A stretch of DNA of 45,211 nt from Candidatus Methanomethylicia archaeon (GTDB lineage: Archaea; Thermoproteota; Methanomethylicia; CALHIW01), in contig JAWBQF010000022.1 in the NCBI GenBank assembly GCA_038845975.1, forward strand, positions 1 through 45,211, in the 5' to 3' direction. Below, one piece after another: positions 1 through 10,492 of the stretch (positions are counted from its first letter, which is position 1; each line of letters begins with the position of its first letter). Below the pieces are notes generated by a model that saw only the letters and a program-made list of their open reading frames with translations, did not search any database and was not told where the DNA came from. The position numbers and the translations under genes were made by a program.

Positions 1-2
1 TA

Positions 3-470
3 GCTGGACCTGCTAGAGTATTCGACTCAGAGGAGGATGCTGTAAAGGCATTACTAAATGGTGAAATTAAACCTGGAACCATAATGGTTATTAGATATGA
101 AGGACCTAAGGGAGGCCCTGGAATGAGAGAAATGTTTGATATTCTACAAATACTCTTAGGCATGGGTTTATCTGAATCTGTTGCTCTAGTTACTGATGGT
201 AGGTTTTCAGGCTCCAATAAGGGTGGTGCTATAGGTCATGTTTCACCTGAAGCAGCCGAAGGTGGGCCAATAGCAGTAGTAAGAGATGGAGACATCATAG
301 AGATAGATATACTGGGGAGAAAACTGAATGTAAGTCTTTCTGATGAGGAGATTAGGAGACGGCTAAATGAATGGAAGCCTCCTGAGTTTAAAGTTAAGAA
401 AGGCATATTAGCATTATACTCAAAAATTGTCGAATCAGCAGATAAAGGTGCAACATTAAGATCTAACTAG
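3..470 (+). CDS. ilvD: Dihydroxy-acid dehydratase, C-terminal part (5' truncated by window)
   Basis: [23 protein letters not shown] and [14 protein letters not shown] motifs; frame open to window start. Confidence 0.95.
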   Translation, partial: AGPARVFDSEEDAVKALLNGEIKPGTIMVIRYEGPKGGPGMREMFDILQILLGMGLSESVALVTDGRFSGSNKGGAIGHVSPEAAEGGPIAVVRDGDIIEIDILGRKLNVSLSDEEIRRRLNEWKPPEFKVKKGILALYSKIVESADKGATLRSN

Positions 471-639
471 TAGATTAACGTCTTCATTTAATGTTAAATA
501 TCCATTTCTAAGTTTATCTATTGATACTAGTACAAGCTATTACATAGGTTATCATAAACGTGGAACTACATCTATATGGATATGTATGTGTACATAACTC
601 ATAATTAGATAAGGTCGCACACCATTAAACAATCAAATA

Positions 640-775
640 CATGTGGAAGATGGAGAATTAAAGACATGAATAAAATCATGGTCTAATAAGAGAAGTAATA
701 AAATGATATAACATCTAAGTTTGATGGTATAAAGGTATGATTCATGAAAAACTTAAATATTTTGAAAACGCCTCT
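640..775 (+). repeat. Degenerate IS-end-like repeat, family A, copy 1
   Basis: Ends catgaaaaacttaaatattttgaaaacgcctct; same core at 4893-4920 (+), 17571 (-) and 23473 (-). Confidence 0.6.
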
Positions 776-900
776 ATGCCTAGCTATGAGAAAATCTATA
801 AGATCTTTAAGGAAAATAGTGTAGTGGTTGGGAAGAACCGTATAACTATTTATTACTTCTAACTATACGTGGAGTCTAGTAAGGTATGTTTAACTTGTAT

Positions 901-1947
901 TACTTATAGCTAAGATATCTTGATATTCCTATTTTAAGAATAGGATCTGCGACTTTATAGCAGCCATTTATTTTCTCTAGAAACCCTGATTTACCAGGTT
1001 TTTATGATGTTAGATAATGTGTTGTTAGGGATTTTCCATATTTTGCCTCAAAAGCCTTCTTTATCTCATTCCATCTTAAGCCCTTACTACTTACTACTAT
1101 TTTTAGAATACCAACATATCTTTCCCTTCTTATTCCATATATATTTAAGGCATGATCAGCCTCCATTGCTGAAAGTTTTAAAGCTTTCTCCACTATCATA
1201 CTAATTGTCTCCCTACTTCTAGCATAGGAATGTCCAAAGTATGTAAGCCAACCTATTACTCCATCAAACTTCTTTATAGCCTCCTCTATAGTATCATCTG
1301 GAATTTTTACCCCCTTCTGTTCAAAGCCTCTTACTAGAAACTCTCTAGCTTTCTGAGGACTAAGTTTACCTAACTTAACCTCCATGTATGGTCTTCCAAA
1401 TAAAGGAGCATCAGAATCATTAACTTTTAGGAAATTGTAGAGAAGCCCTATTTTAGAGCCGGATACTATTACTTTTAAGTCCAAGTGATCATATATATGC
1501 AATAAGACCGTTAAAGTTGTAGTTTGATCTTCTTAGTTCTTGAGCTTCATTCAATACTAAAATCTTCCCTTTAAGGCATTCAACTAACTTCAGAAAGGTA
1601 TCTTTCTATCCATTTTCCTTATTCTAAGCCCGAAATCCCTATGCTTACTTCCTCTACCCCACGTAGAACTCTCCTAGTCCAAGACTTCTTATTCAATTCA
1701 TCTTCCAGAAGGATGAAGAAATCCTTTATAGATATGGCGCCTGATGGAAGTAATCTACAGTCTAGAAATAGATACTCCAAACCGGAAATGTTAAGACCTG
1801 TAAGAATTAGTGGGGTTTTTCCATATCTTCTAAGTCCAGTAACTACTATAAGTTTCTCTCTATTTAGACCTCCGATAAAGGACTTTAATTCCTCCTCCAT
1901 ATTGAAAAATCTTCTATTCTCATCTTTAGCTCCGGATCGAAATACAA
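901..1947 (-). pseudogene. Archaeal P-loop ATPase with C-terminal wHTH, several frameshifts
   Basis: YFDP N-terminus, Walker A GLRRYGKT, VSGS..GLL, LFGR, DGVIGWLTYFG and GFLEK..YKVADPIL lie in different frames. Confidence 0.85.
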
Positions 1948-2005
1948 GTTACCCCTAACTTAGTTACTCCCCTTACCTTTATAAAAACATTTTGTAACAA
2001 TTAAA

Positions 2006-2777
2006 GGATACTGTTACCTTTAGGTTTATGTTATTGCTGGTGGTTTTCCTAGTGTTTGATGGGGTCTTATCCAGTTATACCAGAGTATGAAGAAAGAGGA
2101 ATAAGTTGATCTTTATGAGTTCCTTTCTTGTCTGAAGTTGTGTAGAATCTTCTTGTTCGATCCTTAAGTGTTCGAAACCATCGCTCTATTGCATTTCTTA
2201 GTGAAGATTTGATGTCTTCATCTTAGACCATGGTTATGCGATGCCTGGAATACCATGACCCCTAATAGGATTAGGAGCTTATTAACACATGTCTTAAGGA
2301 CTTACTTCAGGAAAAGATAGCATTCAACATGTTCTCCGCCATGAATTCCTTATTGCTAAAAGCTCTTTGTCCTAACGTATATTGCAGCCCATAATAGAAA
2401 TGATGCCTCCTCAGCTTCATCTCATCAATAGCTACCATCCCTCTATTGGATTCACATCAATCCCTACGCTTTCAATCTTTTGAATCCAACACCATACTGA
2501 TACATGGCTCACATCAACAACCGACAAACGTAGCAATATCCCTATAACTAAGCCATGTAGGGAATACATGCCCTAGCTTCTTTTAAGCAAAACCTTATCT
2601 GAAAACTCCTTTATCTCTTAGGGCTTTGAGAAGCTTATCTTATTAATATCACCTCCAAAGAATAACTTCTCAAAGCCCTCTCAAAAATCTAAAAGTAACA
2701 ATATCCATAGAGAAAATAAAAAATTTAAATCTATTTTTCCTTTTTATTGATGTTAAGATGTTTACCGGACAGTACTG
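2006..2777 (-). mobile_element. Decayed IS6-family insertion sequence (~770 bp)
   Basis: Minus-strand fragments VSHVSVWCWIQK, VAIDE, RNAIERWFRTLKDRTRRFY and WYNWIRPHQTLGKPPA; ends GGATACTGTT and GACAGTAC. Confidence 0.85.
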
Positions 2778-2832
2778 GATAACTTATCCAAAAACTATAT
2801 ATGTTACCTCTTAAATACTAATTCTGGGAATT

Positions 2833-3945
2833 ATGAGTGAGCTCTTTCCACCAACAGATATGAAATGGCATGCTAATGCAACTAAACGGTTTGCTTCGCC
2901 TTTCGTAGGTGTTAATCATGATAGAATTGATGTGGATCCAATAGTTCTAGCTCATGCAGCTACCGTGCTTGGCTATACTATAAAGGATTTCTATACAAAG
3001 CCTGAGCTCGCTGTAAGGCTTGTCGCATATCTTAATGAGCTTTACGACCTATTGCCGGTAACTCATTGGTTCTACTCAAATGTTTGGATAGATGCTCTTG
3101 GAGCTAAGCTTGAACCTACTGAAACACTACCCTACATTGTTATAGAGCCACGTCCAATCCAAACACCAGAGGATGTTGATAAGCTTCATGTTCCTGATGT
3201 TGATGAAGTTTCTAAGAGCATGTGCGCACAATTATACTTTAGAGCTTACGATCATGTTAAACAAAATATTCCACATATGTTTGTACCCATAGCTTTTGCC
3301 TTCTGTCTCTTCGGAATGGCTGCTGAGCTTGTAGGCCCAGAGAAATTCATTATATGGACACGTAGACAGCCTAAACTATGTCATAAATTAATGGAGAAAG
3401 TTACTGAAACTGCAGTAAATGGAGCTATAGCTATTGCTAACAGGTATGGATTTGCTATGCTGGTTATGGGGTCTGTACTTGCAAACTCAGCAGTCCTCTC
3501 ACCTAAGGGTGTTAAGGAGTTTTCATTTGATTACCATATGAAATATATTAAGAAGGCTTTTAAGGGAGGTGCTGGACCACAGCTATGGTATCACTTATGT
3601 GGTGATCATTCAAGAGATTGGCCTGTCTGGAAAGACCTAATAATATCTCCATTTACTGTCCTACATATAGGATACTATGAAGATAAACCATTTCCAGGCG
3701 ATCTTATGAAGAAGGAGTTTGGAAATAAGTTAACCATAATGGTTTCTGTAGATACGAAGCTTATGGTAGATCCCAACTTTAATAGAGTTTATGAGCAGGC
3801 TAAGACTCAGCTTCTTGCAGCTAGAGATTCTCCGAGAGGATGTATACTTGGAACAGCTTGTGAAACACCAGTTCCAACAAATCCTGGGAACATACTTGCA
3901 CTTGTAAAGGCAGCTCGTGATTTTGGAACATATGGAACATGGTAG
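2833..3945 (+). CDS. MtaA/CmuA-family methylcobamide:thiol methyltransferase (UroD superfamily)
   Basis: Zn ligands HLCG and C-terminal GCILGTACETP; 370 aa UroD-like layout. Confidence 0.85.
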   Translation: MSELFPPTDMKWHANATKRFASPFVGVNHDRIDVDPIVLAHAATVLGYTIKDFYTKPELAVRLVAYLNELYDLLPVTHWFYSNVWIDALGAKLEPTETLPYIVIEPRPIQTPEDVDKLHVPDVDEVSKSMCAQLYFRAYDHVKQNIPHMFVPIAFAFCLFGMAAELVGPEKFIIWTRRQPKLCHKLMEKVTETAVNGAIAIANRYGFAMLVMGSVLANSAVLSPKGVKEFSFDYHMKYIKKAFKGGAGPQLWYHLCGDHSRDWPVWKDLIISPFTVLHIGYYEDKPFPGDLMKKEFGNKLTIMVSVDTKLMVDPNFNRVYEQAKTQLLAARDSPRGCILGTACETPVPTNPGNILALVKAARDFGTYGTW

Positions 3946-3953
3946 GTGGTTTC

Positions 3954-4415
3954 ATGATTGAGGTTATTATCCCAAAAGATATTGAAAAAATCCTATCTGA
4001 GAGAGGAATAACTATCGATAATGTAAGGGAAGTTATTGAGTATGGAGAATCAACAGGAGAAAAAATATGTTTACCAGCTGAAAATAAGTTTCTAGCAAAG
4101 AAGGTAATAGGGAAAGCTACATTCTATACTGTATATTCACCATTAGAGAATAGGTTTACATTACATTCAGCTTACGCGCATAAAATGTCTATGAAGGAAC
4201 CTATAGATATTATATTAGCTGAAACTACAGACTGGGTATGCTGTAAATGTAATGAAAAAATGGTTCGCTCCAACATAGATATGGAGTATTTAGGAATAGT
4301 TAGAGCAGCTCCGGGAATATCATGTCCTAAATGTAAGTTAAGCTTCATAGAGGAATATATAGCGGGAAAAACACTAGTTGTTGCTGAAAGCCTACTTGAG
4401 AAAAAACGTGCATAA
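3954..4415 (+). CDS. DVU_1557-like redox protein fused to a small N-terminal domain
   Basis: WVCCKC..YLG..CPKC..FIEE..ESLLEKK C-half; N-half VIEYGESTG..HSAYAHKM; GGTGG SD before the ATG at 3954. Confidence 0.7.
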   Translation: MIEVIIPKDIEKILSERGITIDNVREVIEYGESTGEKICLPAENKFLAKKVIGKATFYTVYSPLENRFTLHSAYAHKMSMKEPIDIILAETTDWVCCKCNEKMVRSNIDMEYLGIVRAAPGISCPKCKLSFIEEYIAGKTLVVAESLLEKKRA

Positions 4416-4427
4416 ACCTAAAACTTT

Positions 4428-4679
4428 TTATTTTGAGGGGCTTTCACCGAAATCCCTACAATATTCTGAAAGTATTCTCGATAAATATCTACTAATAGAT
4501 TTCGCCTCTTTTTTAGATGATGTTATTCCTATACTTGTGATTTTAAATTCATGCTCACATTTTGGGCATCTTACATACTCACAGCCCAAAATAGATTCTG
4601 GACATCCCTGACATGATATCGTACGTGAATATAGAAGACTAAATTCAAATCCACATATAGGACATCTAACCATCCTCAT
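4428..4679 (-). CDS. Small Cys-rich (Zn or Fe-S) protein, ~83 aa
   Basis: CPICG..SCQGC..GC..VRCPKC; GGAG SD favours a start at 4679 or 4673 rather than 4874. Confidence 0.75.
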   Translation of the reverse strand: MRMVRCPICGFEFSLLYSRTISCQGCPESILGCEYVRCPKCEHEFKITSIGITSSKKEAKSISRYLSRILSEYCRDFGESPSK

Positions 4680-4892
4680 ACTTCTCCAAAATCTAGAACC
4701 AACGCTGTATTGCTGTATACATGATGGAATACTATAATTCATAGTATTATGGATTATGTCTTCTATATAAATCTTTTGTAAAAACAGAGGCTTTGTTAAC
4801 TTTAGCTTTATTTGGGAGTTCCCTCCCCTATTTATGGTGATGATATATCTAAAGTTATTAGGTTTGTGCAACAACTTGAGGTATGGACTAGG

Positions 4893-4920
4893 GAAAGCTT
4901 AAATATTTTGAAACCACCTC
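4893..4920 (+). repeat. Degenerate IS-end-like repeat, family A, copy 2
   Basis: gaaagcttaaatattttgaaaccacctc matches 746-774. Confidence 0.6.
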
Positions 4921-4924
4921 TTTA

Positions 4925-4998
4925 GTATAACTGGATAAGACCTCATCAGATCCTAGGAAGACCGTCAACAATAACGTAAACCTAAAAGCAACAGTATC
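4925..4998 (+). mobile_element. IS6 3'-end fragment with terminal repeat
   Basis: gtataactggataagacctcatca..aaacctaaaagcaacagtatc is an inverted copy of about 2007-2082. Confidence 0.85.
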
Positions 4999-5039
4999 GG
5001 TAAGAATAGCCGATAAATATTTATGAATGAGTATTATCT

Positions 5040-6149
5040 ATGTTTATGTCTAAAATGAGGCTTATCATGGTTGGTGGTTTTTTAGGATCTGGGAAAACAA
5101 CATTAATTATAAATTTAGGTAGAAAATTCATTTCAGAATTTGGTAGAAGGATAGCTATAATCACTAATGATCAAGGGAATGTTCTTGTTGATACTAAAAT
5201 AGCGGAGATGCTCGGATTTACATATGCTGAGGTTACGCATGGATGTTTCTGCTGTAGATTTCCGGATTTTATGATGAGAATACAGGAAATACTGAATAAG
5301 ATAAATCCTGACATAATATTAGCTGAGCCTGTCGGAAGCTGTGCAGACCTCCTTGCAACTGTATATGCTCCTCTAAACAAATACTATAAGGAAACAGTGG
5401 ATTTATCACCATATCTTGTACTTATTGACTCATCTACAATTCTTGACTATAATCAAAAATTTAATTTAGTCTCTCCAAGAGAGCCCATAGGATTTCTTCT
5501 TTCATGGCAAATTAAGGAGGCAGAGATTCTTGGAATAAATAAGGTGGATTTAGTTTCCAATAGGCAGATAGAAATAGTGGAGGAGCTTGTTAAGAAAATT
5601 AATAGTGAAGCTGAAATCATTCAGGTTTCAGCGAAGACAGGCTACAACATAGATAAACTTATTGAAATCCTACTAACTAGAAATCATAGATCTAGATCAA
5701 GTCTTGATATTAAGTATGATGTATATGGTAGAGCTGAAGAGGAGTTTGGATGGTTTAATGCTTCATGTAAAATAATGTTTAAGCAACCAGTAGACTTAGA
5801 AGACTACGCTAGAAGCTTAATGAATGAAGTTGCTGAGAGAATAAATACTAGAGGAGGGTTAATAGCTCATGAAAAGATGCTTTTCTTCACCAGGGAAAAC
5901 TCGGTTAAAGCAAGTTTTATAGTTTCTAAGGGAATAATAGATTTTATAGGTAAATTACCTTTAAAACTTAATGAAGTTAATATTATAGTTAATATTAGAG
6001 CTAAACTAACACCTGAACATATAACGGAAAGCGTGGAGGAAGCATTTAATATCGTAAACTTTAGATTTAATGGAGAACGTAAAAATTGGATTTTTAATAG
6101 CTTTAAACCACAATATCCAATACCATACTATCGCCTACCTCATACGTAA
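5040..6149 (+). CDS. CobW/COG0523-like G3E GTPase metallochaperone
   Basis: GGFLGSGKTT, GCFCC, EPVGSC, NKVD and SAKTG motifs. Confidence 0.9.
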   Translation: MFMSKMRLIMVGGFLGSGKTTLIINLGRKFISEFGRRIAIITNDQGNVLVDTKIAEMLGFTYAEVTHGCFCCRFPDFMMRIQEILNKINPDIILAEPVGSCADLLATVYAPLNKYYKETVDLSPYLVLIDSSTILDYNQKFNLVSPREPIGFLLSWQIKEAEILGINKVDLVSNRQIEIVEELVKKINSEAEIIQVSAKTGYNIDKLIEILLTRNHRSRSSLDIKYDVYGRAEEEFGWFNASCKIMFKQPVDLEDYARSLMNEVAERINTRGGLIAHEKMLFFTRENSVKASFIVSKGIIDFIGKLPLKLNEVNIIVNIRAKLTPEHITESVEEAFNIVNFRFNGERKNWIFNSFKPQYPIPYYRLPHT

Positions 6150-6522
6150 AGCTATTGCTGGAAGTAAAGGTGAAAATTTATAGATATGAAATTTGAAGGA
6201 TTTTAAGGAGGAAAAGACGAATAGAAGAATACCTACTATTAGAATATATTTACTGTATTGGTAAACAGTAAGACCTATATCTAGTAATTTTGAAGTATTC
6301 TGTTAAGCCTAGTGGATTATAATATGCCTAATGAGATGTAATTTACGTATTTCCTATAGCTGATGAGAATACTAATCTTAGCCCCAATAAAGTCTTAAGA
6401 GACCTATGGCTAAGTTCTCTTAAGATATTATACATAGTCTCTAAACGAAGACCATGGAGCTCTCAGATCATTGCCAATTAATAAAGTATATATGTTCCTG
6501 CTTACACTTAGTCTAGAGTGAT

Positions 6523-7884
6523 GTGTGGATGGAGAAGATAGGGGAAACTCGTAGTTTATGTCCGTTCTGTCTTAAGGTTGTTGATGCTGAGAAAATTGTT
6601 GATGGAGATGATGTATACCTGTTAAAGAAATGTATGGAACATGGAGAATTTAAGGTTCTTATCTGGAGAGGATACAAATCATATACGGAGAGATTTAAAT
6701 TCAATATTAGGAAGAGAAAGCCGAAATCGATAACTAGACTGGATAAGGGTTGTCCTCTTGATTGTGGTCTTTGTCCCCATCATAAACAGAAAACATGTGT
6801 TACAGTTCTTGAAGTTACAAGTAGATGTAATTTAAGATGTCCAATATGTTTTGCGAGCGCTGGCGATTTTGGATCCTTTCATCCTGATCTTGAGGACATA
6901 TGGAGAATGTATAGGTTAATTATAGAAAATACAGATAAACCATATGTTGTACAGATAAGCGGTGGGGAGCCTACAGTAAGAAAAGATCTTCCGGAAATCG
7001 TTTCCATGGGTAAGGAAATGGGAATAGATTATATTGAGCTTAATACAAACGGTATATTGCTAGCTAAGGATTTAGATTTCCTTAAGTCCTTAAAGGAGAG
7101 CGGACTTGATGCTCTCTACTTTTCGTTTGACGGTTTAACCTCTGATGTCTACGTTAGGAGATGCGGTATTGATCTTCTTGATCTTAAGATGAGAGTTCTT
7201 GAAAACTGTAGGAAGATAGATTTAAGTGTTATTTTAGTTCCTGTTATTGATAGGGATATAAATTATCATCAGATAGGAGATATTATAAGCTTCGCTAAGA
7301 AATGGGTTCCAACAGTTGTAGGAGTACATTTCCAGCCAGTTGCATACTTCGGTAGGATAGGTAAAAGCCCCGAGAATAGAGACAGAATTACAATACCTGA
7401 CATTTTGGAAGCTATAGAGAAGCAGACAAGAGGCGAATTGAAAGAAGAGAACTTCACTCCGACCTCCTGTACAAATATCCATTGCGATGCTAGAAGCTTT
7501 TCGATATTGGATGCTAATAATAGGCTTTTACCGTTAACACATAAGGATTTAGGAGTAAGCGGGAATATTGTGGATATAGCTGAGGTAATAAGGAAATGCA
7601 TTTGTGATCTATGGAGAATGCCTATTGGAAATCTATGTAGTAACTCTACTCCAGGTAGTTGGGAGGAGTTTATAGAGTTAGCGAAAACACGATACCTAAC
7701 AGTTTCAGCTATGGCTTTTCAGGACGCCTGGACTGTTGAAACGGATAGATTAGAAGAATGCTGTATACATGTTGTTACACCTACCGGAAAACTAATTCCA
7801 TTTTGTGCATTTAACGTCTCATCAATTAACGGTCAAACCTTGTATAGACATAAAGAGCTTAATTATCTAAATGATGAATATTAA
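6523..7884 (+). CDS. Radical SAM protein, TrsS-like (Tes/TrsS group), Cys form
   Basis: SLCPFC..CMEHG..IWRG, GCPLDCGLC, CNLRCPIC, GGEPT, FQDAW..RLEECCIH..LIPFCAFN..G..LYR. Confidence 0.8.
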   Translation: MWMEKIGETRSLCPFCLKVVDAEKIVDGDDVYLLKKCMEHGEFKVLIWRGYKSYTERFKFNIRKRKPKSITRLDKGCPLDCGLCPHHKQKTCVTVLEVTSRCNLRCPICFASAGDFGSFHPDLEDIWRMYRLIIENTDKPYVVQISGGEPTVRKDLPEIVSMGKEMGIDYIELNTNGILLAKDLDFLKSLKESGLDALYFSFDGLTSDVYVRRCGIDLLDLKMRVLENCRKIDLSVILVPVIDRDINYHQIGDIISFAKKWVPTVVGVHFQPVAYFGRIGKSPENRDRITIPDILEAIEKQTRGELKEENFTPTSCTNIHCDARSFSILDANNRLLPLTHKDLGVSGNIVDIAEVIRKCICDLWRMPIGNLCSNSTPGSWEEFIELAKTRYLTVSAMAFQDAWTVETDRLEECCIHVVTPTGKLIPFCAFNVSSINGQTLYRHKELNYLNDEY

Positions 7885-7955
7885 GTAAGCCAATATTTTA
7901 GCCATAGCCAAGCATAAAGTTTACTGGAACTATAAAGTAAGATTTTAAGTACTGA

Positions 7956-8156
7956 TTAACTGACAATAATCTCTCTAACTTCAGGTATTTTTTCCTTCAA
8001 TAATTGCGTTATCAATTGCTTACAGATAGGACATGGATTCTTAAGCACGACTTTAACATCACCATTTTCACTTATATCTATTTCACTATAGCCATTTCTA
8101 TAAACTTCAAGAAAAGGCTTAATAGCATTTAAAATATCCATTACCTTCTCTCTCAT
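7956..8156 (-). CDS. NifU C-terminal/Nfu-like Fe-S carrier
   Basis: IKPFL..G..V.V.L..CPIC..LKEKIPEV pattern; GGTG SD before the ATG at 8156. Confidence 0.65.
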   Translation of the reverse strand: MREKVMDILNAIKPFLEVYRNGYSEIDISENGDVKVVLKNPCPICKQLITQLLKEKIPEVREIIVS

Positions 8157-8395
8157 ATAAAACACCTAGACTATAAAATTTAAAGCGCTTAATAAGCTTT
8201 ACGTATAGTGGGGCATGCCTAAAAATTGCATACTCCCATTGAAAGCCATACTCTCTTCCATGCTTTTAGGATGGATTGAAGAACTTGGGACTGAGGTGAA
8301 CAGGCCCTGAGTTGCCAGGCCCTCAGGTTTGATGGGCTCTAAAGGAATTTTGGGCGCGTCCCGAAATCCCCTCTTCACGTATAGTGAAGAGGGAC

Positions 8396-9338
8396 TGGCA
8401 ACTTAAGAAGGAAGCTACAATATACTAAGCTCCAAGTCTAGTGGAGAATTACATAAACTCAAGCTTTATCTGGTTTCTATTTATTGTTATAGCATGGTTA
8501 AGTTCATTAGGAGAATCATTTATATTGATTGCTTATATATTTTCGTTGGGTTCTGGTAACTTAAGAAGTTATATGAATTCTATTGCTAATTCTTCATGTT
8601 TAAAATTTAGTAGATACTAAGATCTTTAGGGGAATTAGGATTCTATTGAAGGTTAAGACGCTTGGCTAGCATTCTATATTCAGCTTGAAGATGTTTCAGA
8701 GCATTATCCAAATCATGGATATCTAAATAGCTGTGGAGGCGAATATAAGCTTAAAAGATAAATGTAGATTTATAAGAATTCTAAAGGATGATCTAGATAA
8801 GGACTTAATGTATTAGTATTGGTTTATGATAAATATTAATAGTGAAGTAATAGCCATGAAGCTACGGAAACCTCATGATATCAACAGTTCATCGATGAGA
8901 CATTAAGTATTATGATGGGAAGCAACATCCTCATTGATAATATTTTATGGTTCTAAGCTTCTGAAGCCTTTAGATGTATTATGTTAGAGGTAACTTTCGG
9001 TGAAAAGTATATTGAAGTTAGATATCCATCATTTAGCGAAGAATTAGAGTATTTTCAGATTAATAATGAACTTATCGCAAAACTCCTGGGTATACTGTTA
9101 TTCATGACTATAGTTATAACACATCTAAATAATTCAACTTTAAGCTAACTAGTTTTGCAATAAGTTCAATGTTAAACTCAGTAAACCATATTCAAGTAAT
9201 TAAATACTATCATTCATTAAGCAATTATACTACAATACCTATGAAGTGAACTTAAGTTGTCACATCTAAATTAAGTTATGAATTTCATTAATAGAACCTG
9301 ACAACTTAGTATATTGTAGCTTCCTTTTTAAGTTGCCA
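8396..9338. repeat. 943-bp ORF-less segment bounded by 34-bp inverted repeats
   Basis: 8396-8429 tggcaacttaagaaggaagctacaatatactaag vs reverse complement of 9305-9338: 33/34 identical. Confidence 0.85.
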
Positions 9339-9375
9339 TCTCCCATTAATATTTAGTTAAGATTTATAAGTTTGT

Positions 9376-9930
9376 ATGAAGAAACTTTTTATGAGCTTAC
9401 TGAGTAATGATAAAATGGGCTTAATTAGGGTTTTTACCGGTAGTGGTAAGGGAAAGACTACATCGGCTTTCGGTTATGCATTAAGGTTAATTGGATATGG
9501 AATGAAAGTTTGTATTATCCAATTTATGAAATCCGGACTATATGGTGAATTTATTGCAGCTGAAAAGCTAAGGCCATTTTTAACAATTATACAGTTTGGA
9601 GAAAAGCGTTTTGTTAATAAGGAGGATATTGATGATAATGATATTAGAAAAGCTAAAGAGGCTTTAGAATATGCTGCCAAAACCATTAAGAGCGGTAACT
9701 ACGACCTAGTAATCCTTGATGAAATCAACGTGGCTATTGGCTGGAAGCTCGTAGATCTAGAGGACGTTATTAAAATACTTAGAGAGAAGCCGAAACATGT
9801 TGAAGTTATTTTAACGGGTAGGTATGCTCCTAAGGAGTTAATGGATGTAGCAGATGAAGTAGTAGAATATGTGGAAGTAAAGCATCCATCTAAAATAGGG
9901 ATAAAGGCTAGACCTGGAGTAGAGTATTAA
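9376..9930 (+). CDS. cobO: ATP:corrinoid adenosyltransferase CobO/CobA/BtuR
   Basis: FTGSGKGKTTSAFG, IIQFMK, ILDEIN, ILTGR and EVKHP..G..ARPGVEY; TATA at 9363 suggests a start at 9391. Confidence 0.95.
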   Translation: MKKLFMSLLSNDKMGLIRVFTGSGKGKTTSAFGYALRLIGYGMKVCIIQFMKSGLYGEFIAAEKLRPFLTIIQFGEKRFVNKEDIDDNDIRKAKEALEYAAKTIKSGNYDLVILDEINVAIGWKLVDLEDVIKILREKPKHVEVILTGRYAPKELMDVADEVVEYVEVKHPSKIGIKARPGVEY

Positions 9931-10246
9931 GTTAGAGACTTTAATGAATTAATTTACTTATCATGTTGACTTTAAATGTTGTATATCTATGCTTTCCTCA
10001 CGAGAAGTTACACTTCATCATATCTTTTCTATATTATCCGCTTCTAGCTTTAAGAACATCCCTATATTACGCTATTGATATAGTAGCACCTCCATGTGTT
10101 ATCGCTTACATGGTTAAGCTTATCGTAAATCATAATTTCTCCTAATTTAAACTCAATACCTACCTAAATATTCTACTTAATTTGATAGAATATAAAATTT
10201 ATTAGAATAATAAAATTTAAATATATTTTATATAATCTTGTTTATC

Positions 10247-10492
10247 ATGACTATCACGCTAAATTGTTTGGAAGAGGGGAAAACTGCAGTGGTAAAGGAG
10301 ATACATTTAAGTAATTATGTGAGGAGGAGACTAATGGCTCTTGGATTATTAATAAACTCACGCTTGAAAGTTCTAAGAAAAGCACCATTAAAGGGAGCTA
10401 TTCTAATAGGTGTTAGAGGTTGCCCACTTATTATAAGTCATGATTTAGCAGGGAAAATAGTTGTTGAGGAATGGAATATAGGAAATGATTAG
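10247..10492 (+). CDS. feoA: FeoA
   Basis: RRRLMALGL..KAPLKG..VRG pattern; overlaps feoB start. Confidence 0.9.
   Translation: MTITLNCLEEGKTAVVKEIHLSNYVRRRLMALGLLINSRLKVLRKAPLKGAILIGVRGCPLIISHDLAGKIVVEEWNIGND

Noticed and set aside
6394-6425. Inverted repeat tcttaagaga..tctcttaaga upstream of the TrsS-like gene
   Set aside because: Single AT-rich instance with no second copy or supporting context
6523-7884. Selenocysteine recoding in the TrsS-like gene
   Set aside because: The ORF is uninterrupted and ends in TAA; no in-frame TGA
9963-10145. 60-aa ORF between cobO and feoA
   Set aside because: No motif, SD or codon-usage support
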